Assembly: GCA_002269645.1 (NCBI GenBank) | Contig: NIVC01002603.1 | Coordinates: 93,725 to 157,724, forward strand | Direction: 5' to 3' | Length of the DNA stretch: 64,000 bases | Origin: Macrostomum lignano | Lineage: Eukaryota | Shown: piece after piece, positions 12,926 to 31,149 of the stretch | Position numbering within the stretch: the stretch's first letter is position 1 | Layout: every line of letters starts with the position of its first letter | Program-made: the position numbers and the translations under genes | The notes under the pieces: generated by a model | What the model was told of the DNA's origin: nothing | The model's database searches: none | The model's input: the letters and a program-made list of their open reading frames with translations, nothing else

Positions 12926-14144
12926 GCCCAAGCATGGTCTACAATGCTGCATAAGTGAATAAGTGAACGATAAATCAATCGCGAAAGTGAGGGCAGGAGA
13001 AAGGGAAGAGAAATAAGGTACTTTAATTTTTCAGTAAGCACAAGCACAAAAAGCATGCTACCCCCCCCCCCCCAGTCCTTCAGTATGGTGGTGCATAGGT
13101 AAGTCGCAAATCTTGTTGGGCATGTATGGTTGCACATGTATGTGCTACACTGATGCCATAGAAGTCAGCAATCTCACAAACAGTGACTTGCTTTACCCTC
13201 CATCTCCATGTCTGCCACCAATTGATTTTTTTGGAAAGTGACATGTTTTTTCCTATACCTCGTGTTGTCTTCTTAAGGACTTATGGCTAAATGATAGAAA
13301 AATGATTATATAAGTATAGGTATATGATATATTTTATAGAAAAGTTTATTGTATGACCCAAGTAATATATAAAAGGTTATGTATATATGCTTATGATATA
13401 GATAGATCGATGTGATAACAAAAATATTTATATGTTTTAGATTTTCTTTTTTTATAACAAAAAATTATTAGCTTAGGCTTAATATAATCTTTTTTCAATT
13501 AATATATATTATATGTTTAGTCATAGGTAAAATTAGTATTATATCCTAATACTTATTTCAAAAGATCTTTAATTGATTTTACATAAAGTTTAGCTTAAAA
13601 CTAAAGTGAAAGCTTTTTGAAATATTCAAGAAATTCTTTTAAACTGAATTTTTAATGAGCTTAATTATTTGAAAATAGTTAAATGGTAATTTCTGATACT
13701 ATAAATCATTAGTAGTATAAATAGAATTAAGATAAGACTTTATTTACCTAATAAAGCTTTTTTAGACAAGTTGCATTTATTGATTTCACTTATTATGTAT
13801 CTCTTAGATATTAATCATTTGTAGCACACATTGCGAAATTAGTCAATGCTTATATATACTTAGACTTATTTTACAATTGCTATTGCTATAGTAAGTGTTA
13901 ATAATATTTCAGAACAATAAATTAAATAGCAATGCATTTAATAAAACAACTAAAGCATGCAGTATTAAAGTAGAATAGTTGGGTAGATAGCAGAGACCCA
14001 CCACTCAGAGACATTGTGTAACTCAGAACCCAACAATACTTTTAACAAACTCCACACATTTTAGCATTATGTTAGCAAATGTGAAGACACAGCTACACAT
14101 TTACACAGCTTAGGTAAATAATTATTTTTTGTCATAAAACCCAG

Positions 14145-20056
<5,912 letters not shown>

Positions 20057-20702
20057 TTGCCAAAACGTTTTCAAGCTTGCAGTAATTTTAAAAAATTCGA
20101 CAAATTTCGACACAGTGTTCACCTTGATAATCATAACTGTTCAATTGTTTGCCTAACCGACATCAACTACTACTATATCGTTTGCATTTACAATGCCCCT
20201 GTTCAACCTTAACCATCATTTAATAACAATGTTTAAACTCTTCAACAACTTGAGTTTACCGGCTTACCCCATTTAAGTTTCTTTTTTTGTCTGCATGAAA
20301 ATGTTTTTATTGCCAATTTGCTCTTTAACTGTTGTTAGTAATATAAATCTGTTCTTAATGCTATGCATTGTTGTCCGTTTTAACTGCATCCCTCCCAAAT
20401 CCGACTATGAAAAAGGTAGCAATTGACAAGCCTTGACACCTTATTAATCTTCTTTCCTTATAATGTCGCCGTCTATGCTTGATAAGCAAAAATAAACTAA
20501 ATAGCAAATTTGAACAAGCGCAGTTCGCTTGTTGATCAGCTGAATTGACTTGAAAATTTAATAATTAATAGTAATAAATCAAAATTGAGGTCTAGTTTCT
20601 CTCTTCAGTTTTTTCGTCCCATCTAATCTTCTAATTAGCAAGTTAATATTATTAAATTAGTAAATATCGATAATAATTACATAGTAGGCTTTAGCATAGT
20701 AG

Positions 20703-20956
20703 TTTTTTGTTTTCAGCAAAACATTAGCAGTAAAAAATGCAAGTCGCACTACTCAATAGTAGGCCACGTGTTTTTTGTTTTCAGCAAAACATTAGCAGTA
20801 AAAAATGCAAGTCGCACTACTCAATAGTAGGCCACGTGTTTTTTGTTTTCAGCAAAACATTAGCAGTAAAATGCAAATCGCACTACTCAATAGTAGGCCA
20901 CGTGTTTTTTGTTTTATGCAAAACATTAGCAGTAAAATGCAAATCGCACTACTCAT
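20703..20956 (+). repeat. 66-68-bp tandem repeat (~4 copies) containing the splice acceptor, 5'UTR and ATG of lipase gene 1
   Basis: Unit TTTTTGTTTTCAG-CAAAACATTAGCAGTAAAA-ATGCAA(G/A)TCGCACTACTC-AATAGTAGGCCACGTG; the last copy runs into the coding exon. Confidence 0.9.
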
Positions 20957-23464
20957 TTGCGGAGTTTTATTTGCTCTGCTGGCCTATTCCGTGTACGAGC
21001 CGATGCCGGACTACGTGTTGGACCGGGGATTTCTAACGCTGGGCCATTCAGTCTGGCGAATATTTGACGCTGTGGTATAGCCAATTGAATTGTATCGCTT
21101 TGATTCTGACCGCATTTTGAAATCACTTTCATAACGCCAATGTTTCCCCATAAGCAAAAGTGTACTATTGTCGCAAAAGGACACGTGCCAACTTGTGTTG
21201 AAAAAGTACACGTGCACTTTTGGAGTGCGTGTACTTTTTAGAAGTATGCGTGTTCTTTTATGTTTTGGGAGTATGTGTTATTTTGTTTTGGGAGTATGTG
21301 CGTACTTTTGTTTTCGGAGTAACTACGCGCGTATTTTTGTTGCAAAAGTACACTGTCAAAATTGTCCCGCTTGGGCTTTTGCTGCAAGAGTAAAATTGTA
21401 GATCTGTACACTAGCTAGAAGTACTACGATTACTTACAAAAGTACACATGTACCCTGATTGCAAGATTCCACAGCTATTTTGTACTTTAAAAATTAATTC
21501 AGAGTACTATTGTACTTTTGTTGAAAAGTACTCTTGTGACATTGTCGCATGGGCTTACAGTTTCGCTGGTATACTATCAATATAGTAAACAGAAATGTTA
21601 TAGCAGTTCGGTAAATCTCTACATTTATTCTCCCTGATCTAGGGCGACCTCACCGAGTACTTTTGCATCTGCGAATCCGAAGTTGTTCGCCGCCAGGTAT
21701 TTAGCCTAATCTTGCCACCGCCAAAGAACACTAGCAGAGTGTTATTCACCTACGAACAGTTCGCCGACTCCAGGACATTGGTTGCTAGGCCATTAAAACC
21801 GAGCGGTGCCGCTTTGATCTATATTCACGGCGGCGGCTGGGCGGTGGGCTCGCCCGAGATGTTCAGCGAAACCTACGAAGAGCTGGCTGATAAGACTGGC
21901 ATCACCGTGTTCGCCGTGCGGTCAGTCTGGGTTGCCATTGTGCTGCGATCATTATATTATTATAAAGTACAGAATGTACTGTTTTGTTTTCACCTACTTC
22001 CGGCAATTGGTATTATTTCAGTGCTGTCAGCAATGGGAATCCCATTATCAATAAAATATCCCCATTAGTAATTGGAAATCCCATCATCAATAAAAATATC
22101 CCCATTAGTAATTAAAACTGCCATTATCAATAAAAATATCCCCATTGGTAATTGGAAATCCCATCATAAATAAAAAGTATCACAGATAGTATTCGGAAAT
22201 CCCATTATCAATAAAAATATCCCCATTAGTAACTTGAATCCCATCATTGCCAGAATATATTTTAGCAATATATCATTTGAAATACGGTAATTTAGCCGTC
22301 GCACTACTGTCTAGTATTCTCCAGTAGTAACAAGCGACTTTAAGCATTAATTTTGACATCCAATCAAACCCCAAACCAGCTATCGACTGGCGCCCGAGCA
22401 GCCGTTCCCGGCCGCCTTCGACGACTGCCTGTCGGCTACGCTGGCGATTTTCGACGCCGCCAAGTCGCTCGGCCTCGACGCCAGTCGCATCGCCATTGCC
22501 GGAGACAGCGCTGGCGGTCAGCTGACTGCGTCAATTGTGCAGCAGCTTCGCCGATCTGGCAGTCCTCATCGGCCGAAGCTGCACCTCATGGTGTACCCGG
22601 TGACCCAGGTGGTCAACCTGCGGACCGGTTCCATGCTGCAGCACACGAACGCGCCGATTCTCAAAGCAGAGCACATGCCCAGGTATGTGAGCCTCTATTT
22701 GGCTGGCTCGGCCGTTGCTGCTAGATGGATTGCCGAAAATGGTCACGTGACCCCTGCTGTGCGAGCGGCGTACGAGACCGCTACAGGACAGGTGAGTTGC
22801 GGTCGCTTTACTCACGGATGAGTGCTTTAAGTGCTGTACATTTAGCACTTTAAAGCTAATTTGTACTTCTGACCGACTTTGTACTTTTAGGTTCGTTTGT
22901 ACTAGTTAGTAGATTAAGGGGTCGTAGCCTAGTGGTTAGAGCGTCGGACTAACGGCTAAAAGGTCGGGAGTTCGATTCTCAGCCGTACGCAGCCTTCAGA
23001 TGCGCCGCGCAATAGCTGCGGCTGAGCTGTCGGTTGCACGTCTGCCCATTGGGGCAGGTGTAATCAGTTATTATATTATATCATTACTGTTATTTGTACT
23101 TCTTAGTGCATTTGCACTTTTGGAATTGCAGACTCTGCCTGCAGCTGCCGCTGTTGAGGCCGCCTCAGCCGGCATCCGCGACTCGGTTGCCAGTCGCGTA
23201 GCGTCCCTAGCAACCGACTGGCGCGTGTCCCCGTTGCTAGCGACCGATCTGGACCAGCTGGACCTGCCGCCAGCCCACATCTTGGCCTGCCAATTCGACC
23301 CGCTATTCGATGACGCAATCATGTACGCCAATCGGCTGCAGCGGGCCGGGGTTCGAACCCGGCTGATCAAGTACCGAACCTATCACGGGGCGATGTCGCT
23401 TCCTCGGGACGGATTAGAGATTCGAGTCTACGTGACCAAGATGCTGCTGGTGGAGCTGTCTTAA
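20937..23464 (+). CDS. Arylacetamide deacetylase/NCEH1-like (hormone-sensitive lipase family) alpha/beta hydrolase, paralog 1
   Basis: Exons 20937-21074, 21643-21920, 22380-22791 and 23132-23464. N-terminal hydrophobic anchor, HGGGW oxyanion motif, YRLAPE, GDSAGG nucleophile, FDPLFDD acid and YHG histidine; phases consistent. Confidence 0.9.
22918..23085 (+). mobile_element. Short tRNA-derived SINE in intron 3 of lipase 1
   Basis: A box TAGCCTAGTGG and B box GGGAGTTCGATTCTC; the anticodon stem does not pair; non-tRNA 3' tail CAGCCGTACGCAGCC...GGCAGGTGTAAT plus (TTA)-like end, shared with the copy at ~26565-26820. Confidence 0.75.
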
Positions 23465-23929
23465 GGGATCGCGATTTTGCAACTACGTTCAGTAGTTTTT
23501 GTCAGTAGCGTCAGTTATTAAATGAATTGCGTACAGGCCAAAAAATCGGTATTTTTTACTGCTTTCTGAATCCTTTTTGGTCATAATTATGATTTTTACT
23601 ATTGTTATTTATTTGATCTTAGTAGTCTTTGACGTAGTTTGTCTGTATAAATTATTTTCTGTCTTTTAATTTGTTTATTTGATTAAGGTTCGTTCTTGCG
23701 AAGTTAGAATTTCCACTTTCTAGTGCTTCAATTTTTTGCTATATAAATTTTTTAGTAGTGATGATTATTACTCATGCAATTTTTAATAAATATTTTTTGA
23801 AAGTTTTCAGGTGATATCTCATTTCCAAATAACAATACATGTATATCGCTTTCAATTTATTGCTAGTTTTTTTTAACATCGGTTTGAGCATAAACCTAGC
23901 TCAAAATGTACAAAGCGGTATGGAGAATC

Positions 23930-24655
23930 ATCTGCCCCAATCCCAATGTACACAGTTGCATAGAGAACTCTGTCCCACTCCAAATGTACACAGTTGCATA
24001 GAGAACTCTGCCCCACTCCCAATGTACATAGTTGCATTGAGAACTCTGCCCCACTCCCAATGTACACAGTTGCATAGAGAACTCTACCCCACTCCCAATG
24101 TACACAGTTGCATAGAGAACTCTGTCCCACTCCCAATGTACACAGTTGCATAGAGAACTCTGTCCCACTCCCAATGTACACAGTTGCATAGAGAACTCTG
24201 TCCCACTCCCAATGTACACAGTTGCATAGAGAACTCTACCCCACTCCCAATGTACACAGTTGCATAGAGAACTCTGTCCCACTCCCAATGTACATAGTTG
24301 CATTGAGAACTCTGCCCCACTCCCAATGTACACAGTTGCATAGAGAACTCTACCCCACTCCCAATGTACACAGTTGCATAGAGAACTCTGTCCCACTCCC
24401 AATGTACATAGTTGCATTGAGAACTCTGCCCCACTCCCAATGTACACAGTTGCATAGAGAACTCTACCCCACTCCCAATGTACACAGTTGCATAGAGAAC
24501 TCTGCCCCACTCCCAATGTACACAGTTGCATAGAGAACTCTACCCCACTCCCAATGTACACAGTTGCATAGAGAACTCTGTCCCACTCCCAATGTACACA
24601 GTTGCATAGAGAACTCTGTCCCACTCCAAATGTACGCAGTTGCATAGAGAATCTC
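23930..24655. repeat. 38-bp minisatellite CCCACTCCCAATGTACACAGTTGCATAGAGAACTCTGT
   Basis: About 19 tandem copies between the two lipase genes. Confidence 0.95.
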
Positions 24656-24769
24656 CTCCCACTGTACCCGATGTGCGCAATGTCCTGGCCTAATGAACTT
24701 ATTGTACTCATCATAGAAAATCCAACCCAATAACTATATTTTACATCTTCTAATTCAGCTCTGATCTTG

Positions 24770-27700
24770 ATGGGCTGCTGCAGCTGCCGTTTTCTGCTTT
24801 TTTTGAGTGCCGCTTCAGCTTTTCTGCTGGCCTACGGCTTGTACGAACCTCTGCCAGACTTTAGTCAGGACCGCGCTCTGCTGGCACTGAGATGCGCCGC
24901 ACTCAAGACTTTAACTGCTTTAGTGAGTGTGCTCTGTTTGACTATTTTCAGTAGAGAGTTCAGACTGTTAATCATTTTCTATCCCAATACTCTTTAATGG
25001 AGCTACTAGAAGAGTTTTAGAAATGTTCTATTCCTGCATCCGCATGGGCTAGATTACGGGATAGCAATCTCTTCTGTATTATTATTTAACAAAGAGCTGA
25101 TACTTGGAAAAATCTAAATATGCTTTGAGAGTAGAACTTTGCGGAAAGGTTAACTTTGTTATAAGAACTGAGAACCAGTGCAAAGCCGGTGAATTTCTGT
25201 CCGGCTGATAAATTAAATCAACGTCTATGGTCGAATCCTAATCCCATTGTTTAATTGGCTTTATTTATATCAGATATATAGCTTTTTGCGTTCAAGTTTA
25301 GAAAATTTGCATTGTATCACGCTGGCGCGCGTTAGATGCACGATTTACTGTGCGTCTAATGTAGGTGTCTATGGCAATTTTCTATCTGAGTAAAGGCAAC
25401 AAGCGGAGATTTCCGATCGAAGTAGTCAGACAGCCTCTTCAGATCAACAGGCTCGATCGATTGGAAGTGTCGGGCGCGTCCGCCTCGGGCAATGAAGATT
25501 CTGCCCATTGACTTCAGTGTCGTATTGGAAGCATAGAATGCGTCGTCAGTTAGAATATTGATTCGCCTTGTCGACATGAAATGCCGGTAGAGCGCAGCTC
25601 GGATACAAATCAACGTGGCTGGAGCAAAGTATTCGCCATTCCTCTTGCGAAGTGAGCCATAGAAGTATCGCAATAGACTGTCGATCTCGCGCGGTGTAGA
25701 AGTCGCCAAATCACGCTGAACTGACGGATGGTTCTCCATGAAGCTCTGCAACTTACCGACATAATATTCGGTAGCCTTTGTCACACTTTTACTAGCAGCG
25801 GTGTCCTCGATTTCGGAAACGAGCTGTTCCAATTCAAGTAGTTCAGCTTCTTCGTCAGGTATCTTCTTGAAAAGTGCCTCCAGAAGATCCTCCTCTTCTC
25901 GATCAATTGCCGACTCCGGTAGATTATCAGGCTCGTTCAGAATGTCGTCAATCTCATTGGTGGACAAGCCGGAAATCATTTCGTTTGGAAATTTGCTCAG
26001 ATTCAGAAGTCTGACTTTAGTTGGTGGCTCAGCCATATTCTCTCACAAGTGATTTTAATTTAACAGCTTCTTATTCCCTTCTTCGCAACACTCAATCAAC
26101 TTGCGTGCCTTTCACGCATTTTTGTCTATGGTTAAGACAAATTAACTGAGCGTGCATCTAACGCGCCATCTATAGTATTAAGCCAACGTAATACAATGCA
26201 ACTCATACATCGATTTTGTACACGCAAAATCGATGTATGAATCCTACATTCAATTTAAGAATTTGAAGTGAGCATGGCCACATTGGCTGCAAGTGGCGGC
26301 TGGCAGAGATGTCTATGGTAAAAAATGGGGGTCTCGCTGTGGGCCAAAACCGTTTTTGCGTTCAATTTGAGAACCATAGACTTTGCCTTTGTTCATGTTA
26401 GAGACGTTTCATCTTTGATCGATCCTTCCTGCGATCTATCTGTCAGTTAAATTGCTATTTCAACTCAGCGCGATCTTAAATTGAACGCAACTTTTCTGAA
26501 CTTGAACGCAAAAAGCTATATTATGAGATCAAATTGCAGCTACCCTCTGGTTTTGATGGATAGGTATTATTTTATTACACCTGCTCTAATAGGCAGATGT
26601 GCAACCGACAGCTCAGCCGCAGCCATTGCGTGGCGCATCTGAAGGCTGCGTACGGCTGTTCAGTCCAAGGACTGGGGGATCGCCACACACAGCCTCAATT
26701 ACCCCAGCTAATGCTGGCAACCATTTTACAGCTGGGTGAACTGAAGCAATGCAGAGTTAAGTGTCTTGCTCAAGGACACAAATTGTTCCAGGTGGGATTG
26801 GGAATCGAACCCCCGACCTCCCCCGAAACCCCCGAACCCCCGAGAATAAGAGTAAGATAAAGCATGCCTTTTGAGAGATTTATGAATGGTAGAGATCCAA
26901 TAGAGCTCTCAAGATTAAATCACGTGTCTAATAGTATTAAGAAGAGCATGGATATTGCTTAATCTGACGTATATTTGATGTACTTTTGCTGCAGGGCCGC
27001 CTTATGGAAAGACTGAATCTGGGCAGCTTTGAAACCGCAGCCCACCGTATACTGAGATTTCCCGCGCCAAGCAACACCAGTTCGGTCATTTTCTACTATC
27101 GTCAATTTGCCAACAGTCGAACATTAGTTGCTATGCCAAGGCATGAGTCTGGGACTGGAGAAAACCGTACTGCTGGAGCAGCAGCGGTTATCTACATTCA
27201 CGGCGGCGGCTGGGCACTGGGTGCGCCTGAGATGCACAATTCTTTGTGCGAGCAACTGGTTGAGCAGACTGGCATTACGGTGTTTGCTGTCAGGTGAGAT
27301 GATGTGACGCGTCCGTTTATTACAATTCAGTAGGGTCGTACCGAGAGAATTACCGTACCATTGCATGAAGGAACGGGAGCCATTGCTGCACCCTGCATCA
27401 TGAAGGAACGGGAGCCATTGCTGCACCCTGCATCATGAAGGAACGGGAGCCATTGCTGCACCCTGCATCATGAAGGAACGGGAGCCATTGCTTCACCCTG
27501 CATCATGAAGGAACGGGAGCCATTGCTGCACACTGCATGCATGAAGGAACGGGAGCCATTGCTGCACCCTGCATCATGAAGGAACGGGAGCCATTGCTTC
27601 ACCCTGCATGCATGAAGGAACGGGAGCCATTGCTTCACCCTGCATCATGAAGGAACGGGAGCCATTGCTTCACCCTGCATGAAGGAACGGGGGCCATTGC

Positions 27701-29388
27701 TGCACCCTGCATGCATGAAGGAACGGGAGCCATTGCTGCACCCTGCATGCATGAAGGAACGGGGGCCATTGCTGCACCCTGCATGCATGAAGGAACGGGG
27801 GCCATTGCTGCACCCTGCATGCATGAAGGAACGGGGGCCATTGCTGCACCCTGCATGCATGAAGGAACGGGAGCCATTGCTGCACCCTGCATGCATGAAG
27901 GAACGGGGGCCATTGGTGCACCCTGCATGCATGAAGGAACGGGGGCCATTGGTGCACCCTGCATGCATGAAGGAACGGGAGCCATTGCTGCACCCTGCAT
28001 GAAGGAACGGGGGCCATTGCTGCACCCTGCATGCATGAAGGAACGGGAGCCATTGCTTCACCCTGCATCATGAAGGAACGGGAGCCATTGCTGCACCCTG
28101 CATGCATGAAGGAACGGGAGTCATTGCTGCACCCTGCATGGAGGAACGGGAGCCATTGCTGCACCCTGCATGGAGGAACGGGAGCCATTGCTGCACCCTG
28201 CATGGAGGAACGGGAGCCATTGCTGCACCCTGCATGGAGGAACGGGAACTCTTGCGCATAAATTCTGAATAAACTCATGCGTGACTAAGAGAAAATCAGA
28301 GCCGCTGTGTGAGCGTCCGTCTGTGTACATGCTCCGTGTGCATGTTACGTGATCACTGATCAGAGCTAAGCGGAATGGGCATGACTTAATATATCTCCTT
28401 AATCGTAGCATTTTTAGACTTCTGAAAACAAAGATTTTATAGACTATGATTCTCAATTCTTGGCCTCGCAGGTACCGCCTGTCATCCGAGCAGCCGTTCC
28501 CGGCCGCCTTCGACGACTGCCTGTCGGCTACGCTGGCGATTTTCGACGCCGCCAAGTCGCTCGGCCTCGACGCCGGTCGCATCGCCATCGCCGGAGACAG
28601 CGCTGGCGGTCAGCTGACTGCGTCGGTTGTGCAGCAGCTTCGCCGGTCTGGCAGTCCTCACCGGCCGAAGCTGCACCTCATGGTGTACCCGGTGACCCAG
28701 GTGGTCAACCTGCGGACCAGTTCCCATAGAAGTCATTCCAATGTGGCACTGATGAAGCATTTGCCATCGTCTAGGTTTCTCAGTCTGTACCTGGCTGGCG
28801 ATATGAGCGCTGCGGATTGGATCTCTCAGCTGGGCCATGCCACCGAATACGCCCGATTGGCTTACGAGAGAGCCACCGGAGAGGTACTTGTGAATGCATA
28901 CATGCACAAGTAGTGCTTGTTCGGAGGCTAACTATATCCATGGAGCGCCACACAGGTGGGCACCAAATGAAGGAAAACCTTTAGACATTGCATGTACGTG
29001 TATAGATGTGCATGTAAATTTAATATATCAAGGTTTATATACTTATTTTTTATTACAGCCATTCCCAAAGTCCCCGAATGTCGCGGCCGATTCCGCCGTC
29101 ATCAGCGAGTCGGTCGCCAGTCGCGTAGCGACCCTAGCAACTGATCCGCGCGTGTCACCGTTGCTAGCGGCCGATCTGGACCAGCTGGACCTGCCGCCAG
29201 TTCACATCCTGGCCTGCAAGTTCGACCGTCTCTACGACGATGCAATCATGTATGCTAAGCGGCTTCAGCGGGCGGGGGTTCGAACCCACCTGAGTGAGCA
29301 CCAAACCTATCACGGTGCGCTGAACATGGCTAATGATGGTCAGGAGATGCGTAATTATCTTGTGAAGGTATTTAGGGACTTGCTTTGA
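24770..29388 (+). CDS. Arylacetamide deacetylase/NCEH1-like alpha/beta hydrolase, paralog 2
   Basis: Exons 24770-24922, 26995-27293, 28472-28883 and 29059-29388; same intron positions as paralog 1; HGGGW, GDSAGG, FDRLYDD and YHG all intact. Confidence 0.9.
25276..26521 (-). mobile_element. Internally deleted Crypton-like (tyrosine recombinase) DNA transposon with inverted ends
   Basis: ~29-bp inverted termini TATAGCTTTTTGCGTTCAAGTTTAGAAAA (25277-25305) / TTTTCTGAACTTGAACGCAAAAAGCTATA (26492-26520); second inverted pair at ~25310-25345 and ~26150-26200; encloses ORF 25356-26036. Confidence 0.65.
25356..26036 (-). CDS. Truncated Crypton/DUF3504-type tyrosine recombinase (N-terminal core-binding part only)
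   Basis: LLRYFYGSLRKRNGEYFAPATLICIRAALYRHF...INILTDDAFYASNTTL...IEPVDLKRLSDYFDRKSP matches the pattern preceding the catalytic domain in Crypton/KCTD1/ZMYM-type YR proteins; the ORF stops before the catalytic R-H-R-Y residues. Confidence 0.65.
   Translation of the reverse strand: MAEPPTKVRLLNLSKFPNEMISGLSTNEIDDILNEPDNLPESAIDREEEDLLEALFKKIPDEEAELLELEQLVSEIEDTAASKSVTKATEYYVGKLQSFMENHPSVQRDLATSTPREIDSLLRYFYGSLRKRNGEYFAPATLICIRAALYRHFMSTRRINILTDDAFYASNTTLKSMGRIFIARGGRARHFQSIEPVDLKRLSDYFDRKSPLVAFTQIENCHRHLH
26565..26820 (-). mobile_element. 5'-truncated tRNA-derived SINE with conserved central domain
   Basis: Minus strand: B box GGGGTTCGATTCCC, GTGTCCTTGAGCAAGACACTT, CCCAGCTGTAAAATGG, then the same 3' tail as the 22918 copy. 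Confidence 0.75.
27360..28250. repeat. 31/35-bp minisatellite ATGAAGGAACGGGAGCCATTGCTGCACCCTGCAT(C/GC)
   Basis: About 26 copies in intron 2 of lipase 2; same family at 36770-37150. Confidence 0.95.
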
Positions 29389-31149
29389 TTACCAAAAATA
29401 TTAGCAAGTCTCTAGAGTCTCTACTACATCGGTCCTTGATTATAAGCTTAGCTTTTTATGTGACTTCATTGAGACTGTTTTCATGAAAAATGTGTTCTTT
29501 CCCAAATCTTTCTATCTTTCATGCAGTAAGTTTTTTATGCTCAATTTTTCTTTTCACGTCGGGGCTCGAAATATTTTTTTACTTAATTTTCTAAATTTCT
29601 ACTGATCAACCCCTTCAAGTAAAAAATAGCATTAATAAGTTTTAACTACTTTTAATTGTTGAAATAACTCGCTAATTTTGTAGGTTGTAGCAACAACATC
29701 AGCTCTTTGCCTCGCTACATTTTTAAACGTGTCATCTCAACAAAGCAATTTTAAATATAATTTTATATTCTCTTAATTGTTCTAGAACCGTTCAGATAAA
29801 TTTGCAAACTGTGGGACTTTTCATTGCCTAATTTAAAAGTGCTGCAGTAAAACTCCAGATTTTATTATAAAAATTACTCACGACTTAATAATTCGGAGTT
29901 GCTAATAACTAATTTTATGAAGCATCTAATTAGAATTAGAATTAGAATTAGATGCATGAAACGCCTCACTTACGAACTTTTTACCAAGTCACGTTGGCAC
30001 TATTTCAGTTGTGTTTTTTTCTACGAAACGAAAGATTGATCGACTGGGCTTGGCTGGCCTAATCATGAAAAGTTCAGATTTTTTAATTCCGCAGCTTGCG
30101 CAGTTAAGATAGGAGTTTTGAAGCAGTAATAGTACCAAATTAATTGAACAGGTGTTTTTTTCTAAAGCTTGATTAAAGCTCTAAAGCTAGATCCTAACAC
30201 TATAAAAATGTATTTAAAAGCATCATTCATGTATCAATATCAAGTGACATGTATAATTTTGTTTTAATTTTCAATTTTTAGTTGGCCTTACTTTAGTCTA
30301 GTCTAGATAGACAATAATTCAACTTAATACTAGGTTTTAAATAGCTAACTAATGAAGGCTTATTAAGCATGCACATAGTATAATATATATAATCTATTTA
30401 TCAATACTCTATAATTATAGTTGTAGTCCAAGTATTATGCTATTCAGCTATTGCTAACACTCCTTAATGCACACTGTGCATGTGGTAGTGGACTACCTAG
30501 GACCTTATTGCATATAAGAAATGTCCCCAAAAACAGCACCTTTGAGAGTATTCTGAATTAATTCTAAATTAATTTTAAATTAATACTAAATTAATTTTTT
30601 ACTTTTAATTCTAAACAATAAAAAAGTAGCAAAAGCAAAAAGTCATAGAGTAAAAATTCAATGCATCACACAGTGTAGTAGTCTAATGTAAGAAAGTGAT
30701 GCAGTTTGCTAAATTGCTAATCTGCTAGAAATGCTCAAAAATATCAAAGTAATACACTTTTATTTATGCTAATAACACTATTAAACGTTTTATTTATCAG
30801 TTAAGCCAATAACAAAAATTTTATCCCAAAATAAAAACTAGGCCTAAATTAAAACTTTATAATAATTAATATGAAAATAACCTAAGATCTATCGCTTTGC
30901 AATTGCAAACAATGTCATAGAGTTGGTAAGATAGATAAAAATCTGGTTAAATTTCAATAGCTTTGATATATATCAGCTGTAGTTATTATGAGACCATTTT
31001 AATATGTTGGTTTATAATAGTGTGTGTCAATGTATGTAAGTAGAAGTGCATTATATTGTATGCATTGATAATAAAGAATTAATCCATTTGATCTATACCC
31101 ACCTTTTTTATCCTACATTCCCCATCCACTTACTTCTTGGCTTTGCTAC

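Noticed and set aside
21147-21552. Possible CCCAT...ATGGG MITE in lipase 1 intron 1
   Set aside because: The terminal match is only ~5 bp with weak extension and no clear TSD.
22918-22990. Functional tRNA gene
   Set aside because: The anticodon and acceptor stems do not pair, and it continues into a tail shared with another SINE copy.
23930-24655. CRISPR-like appearance of the 30-38-bp repeats
   Set aside because: Units are head-to-tail with no unique spacers and there are no cas genes; eukaryotic minisatellites.
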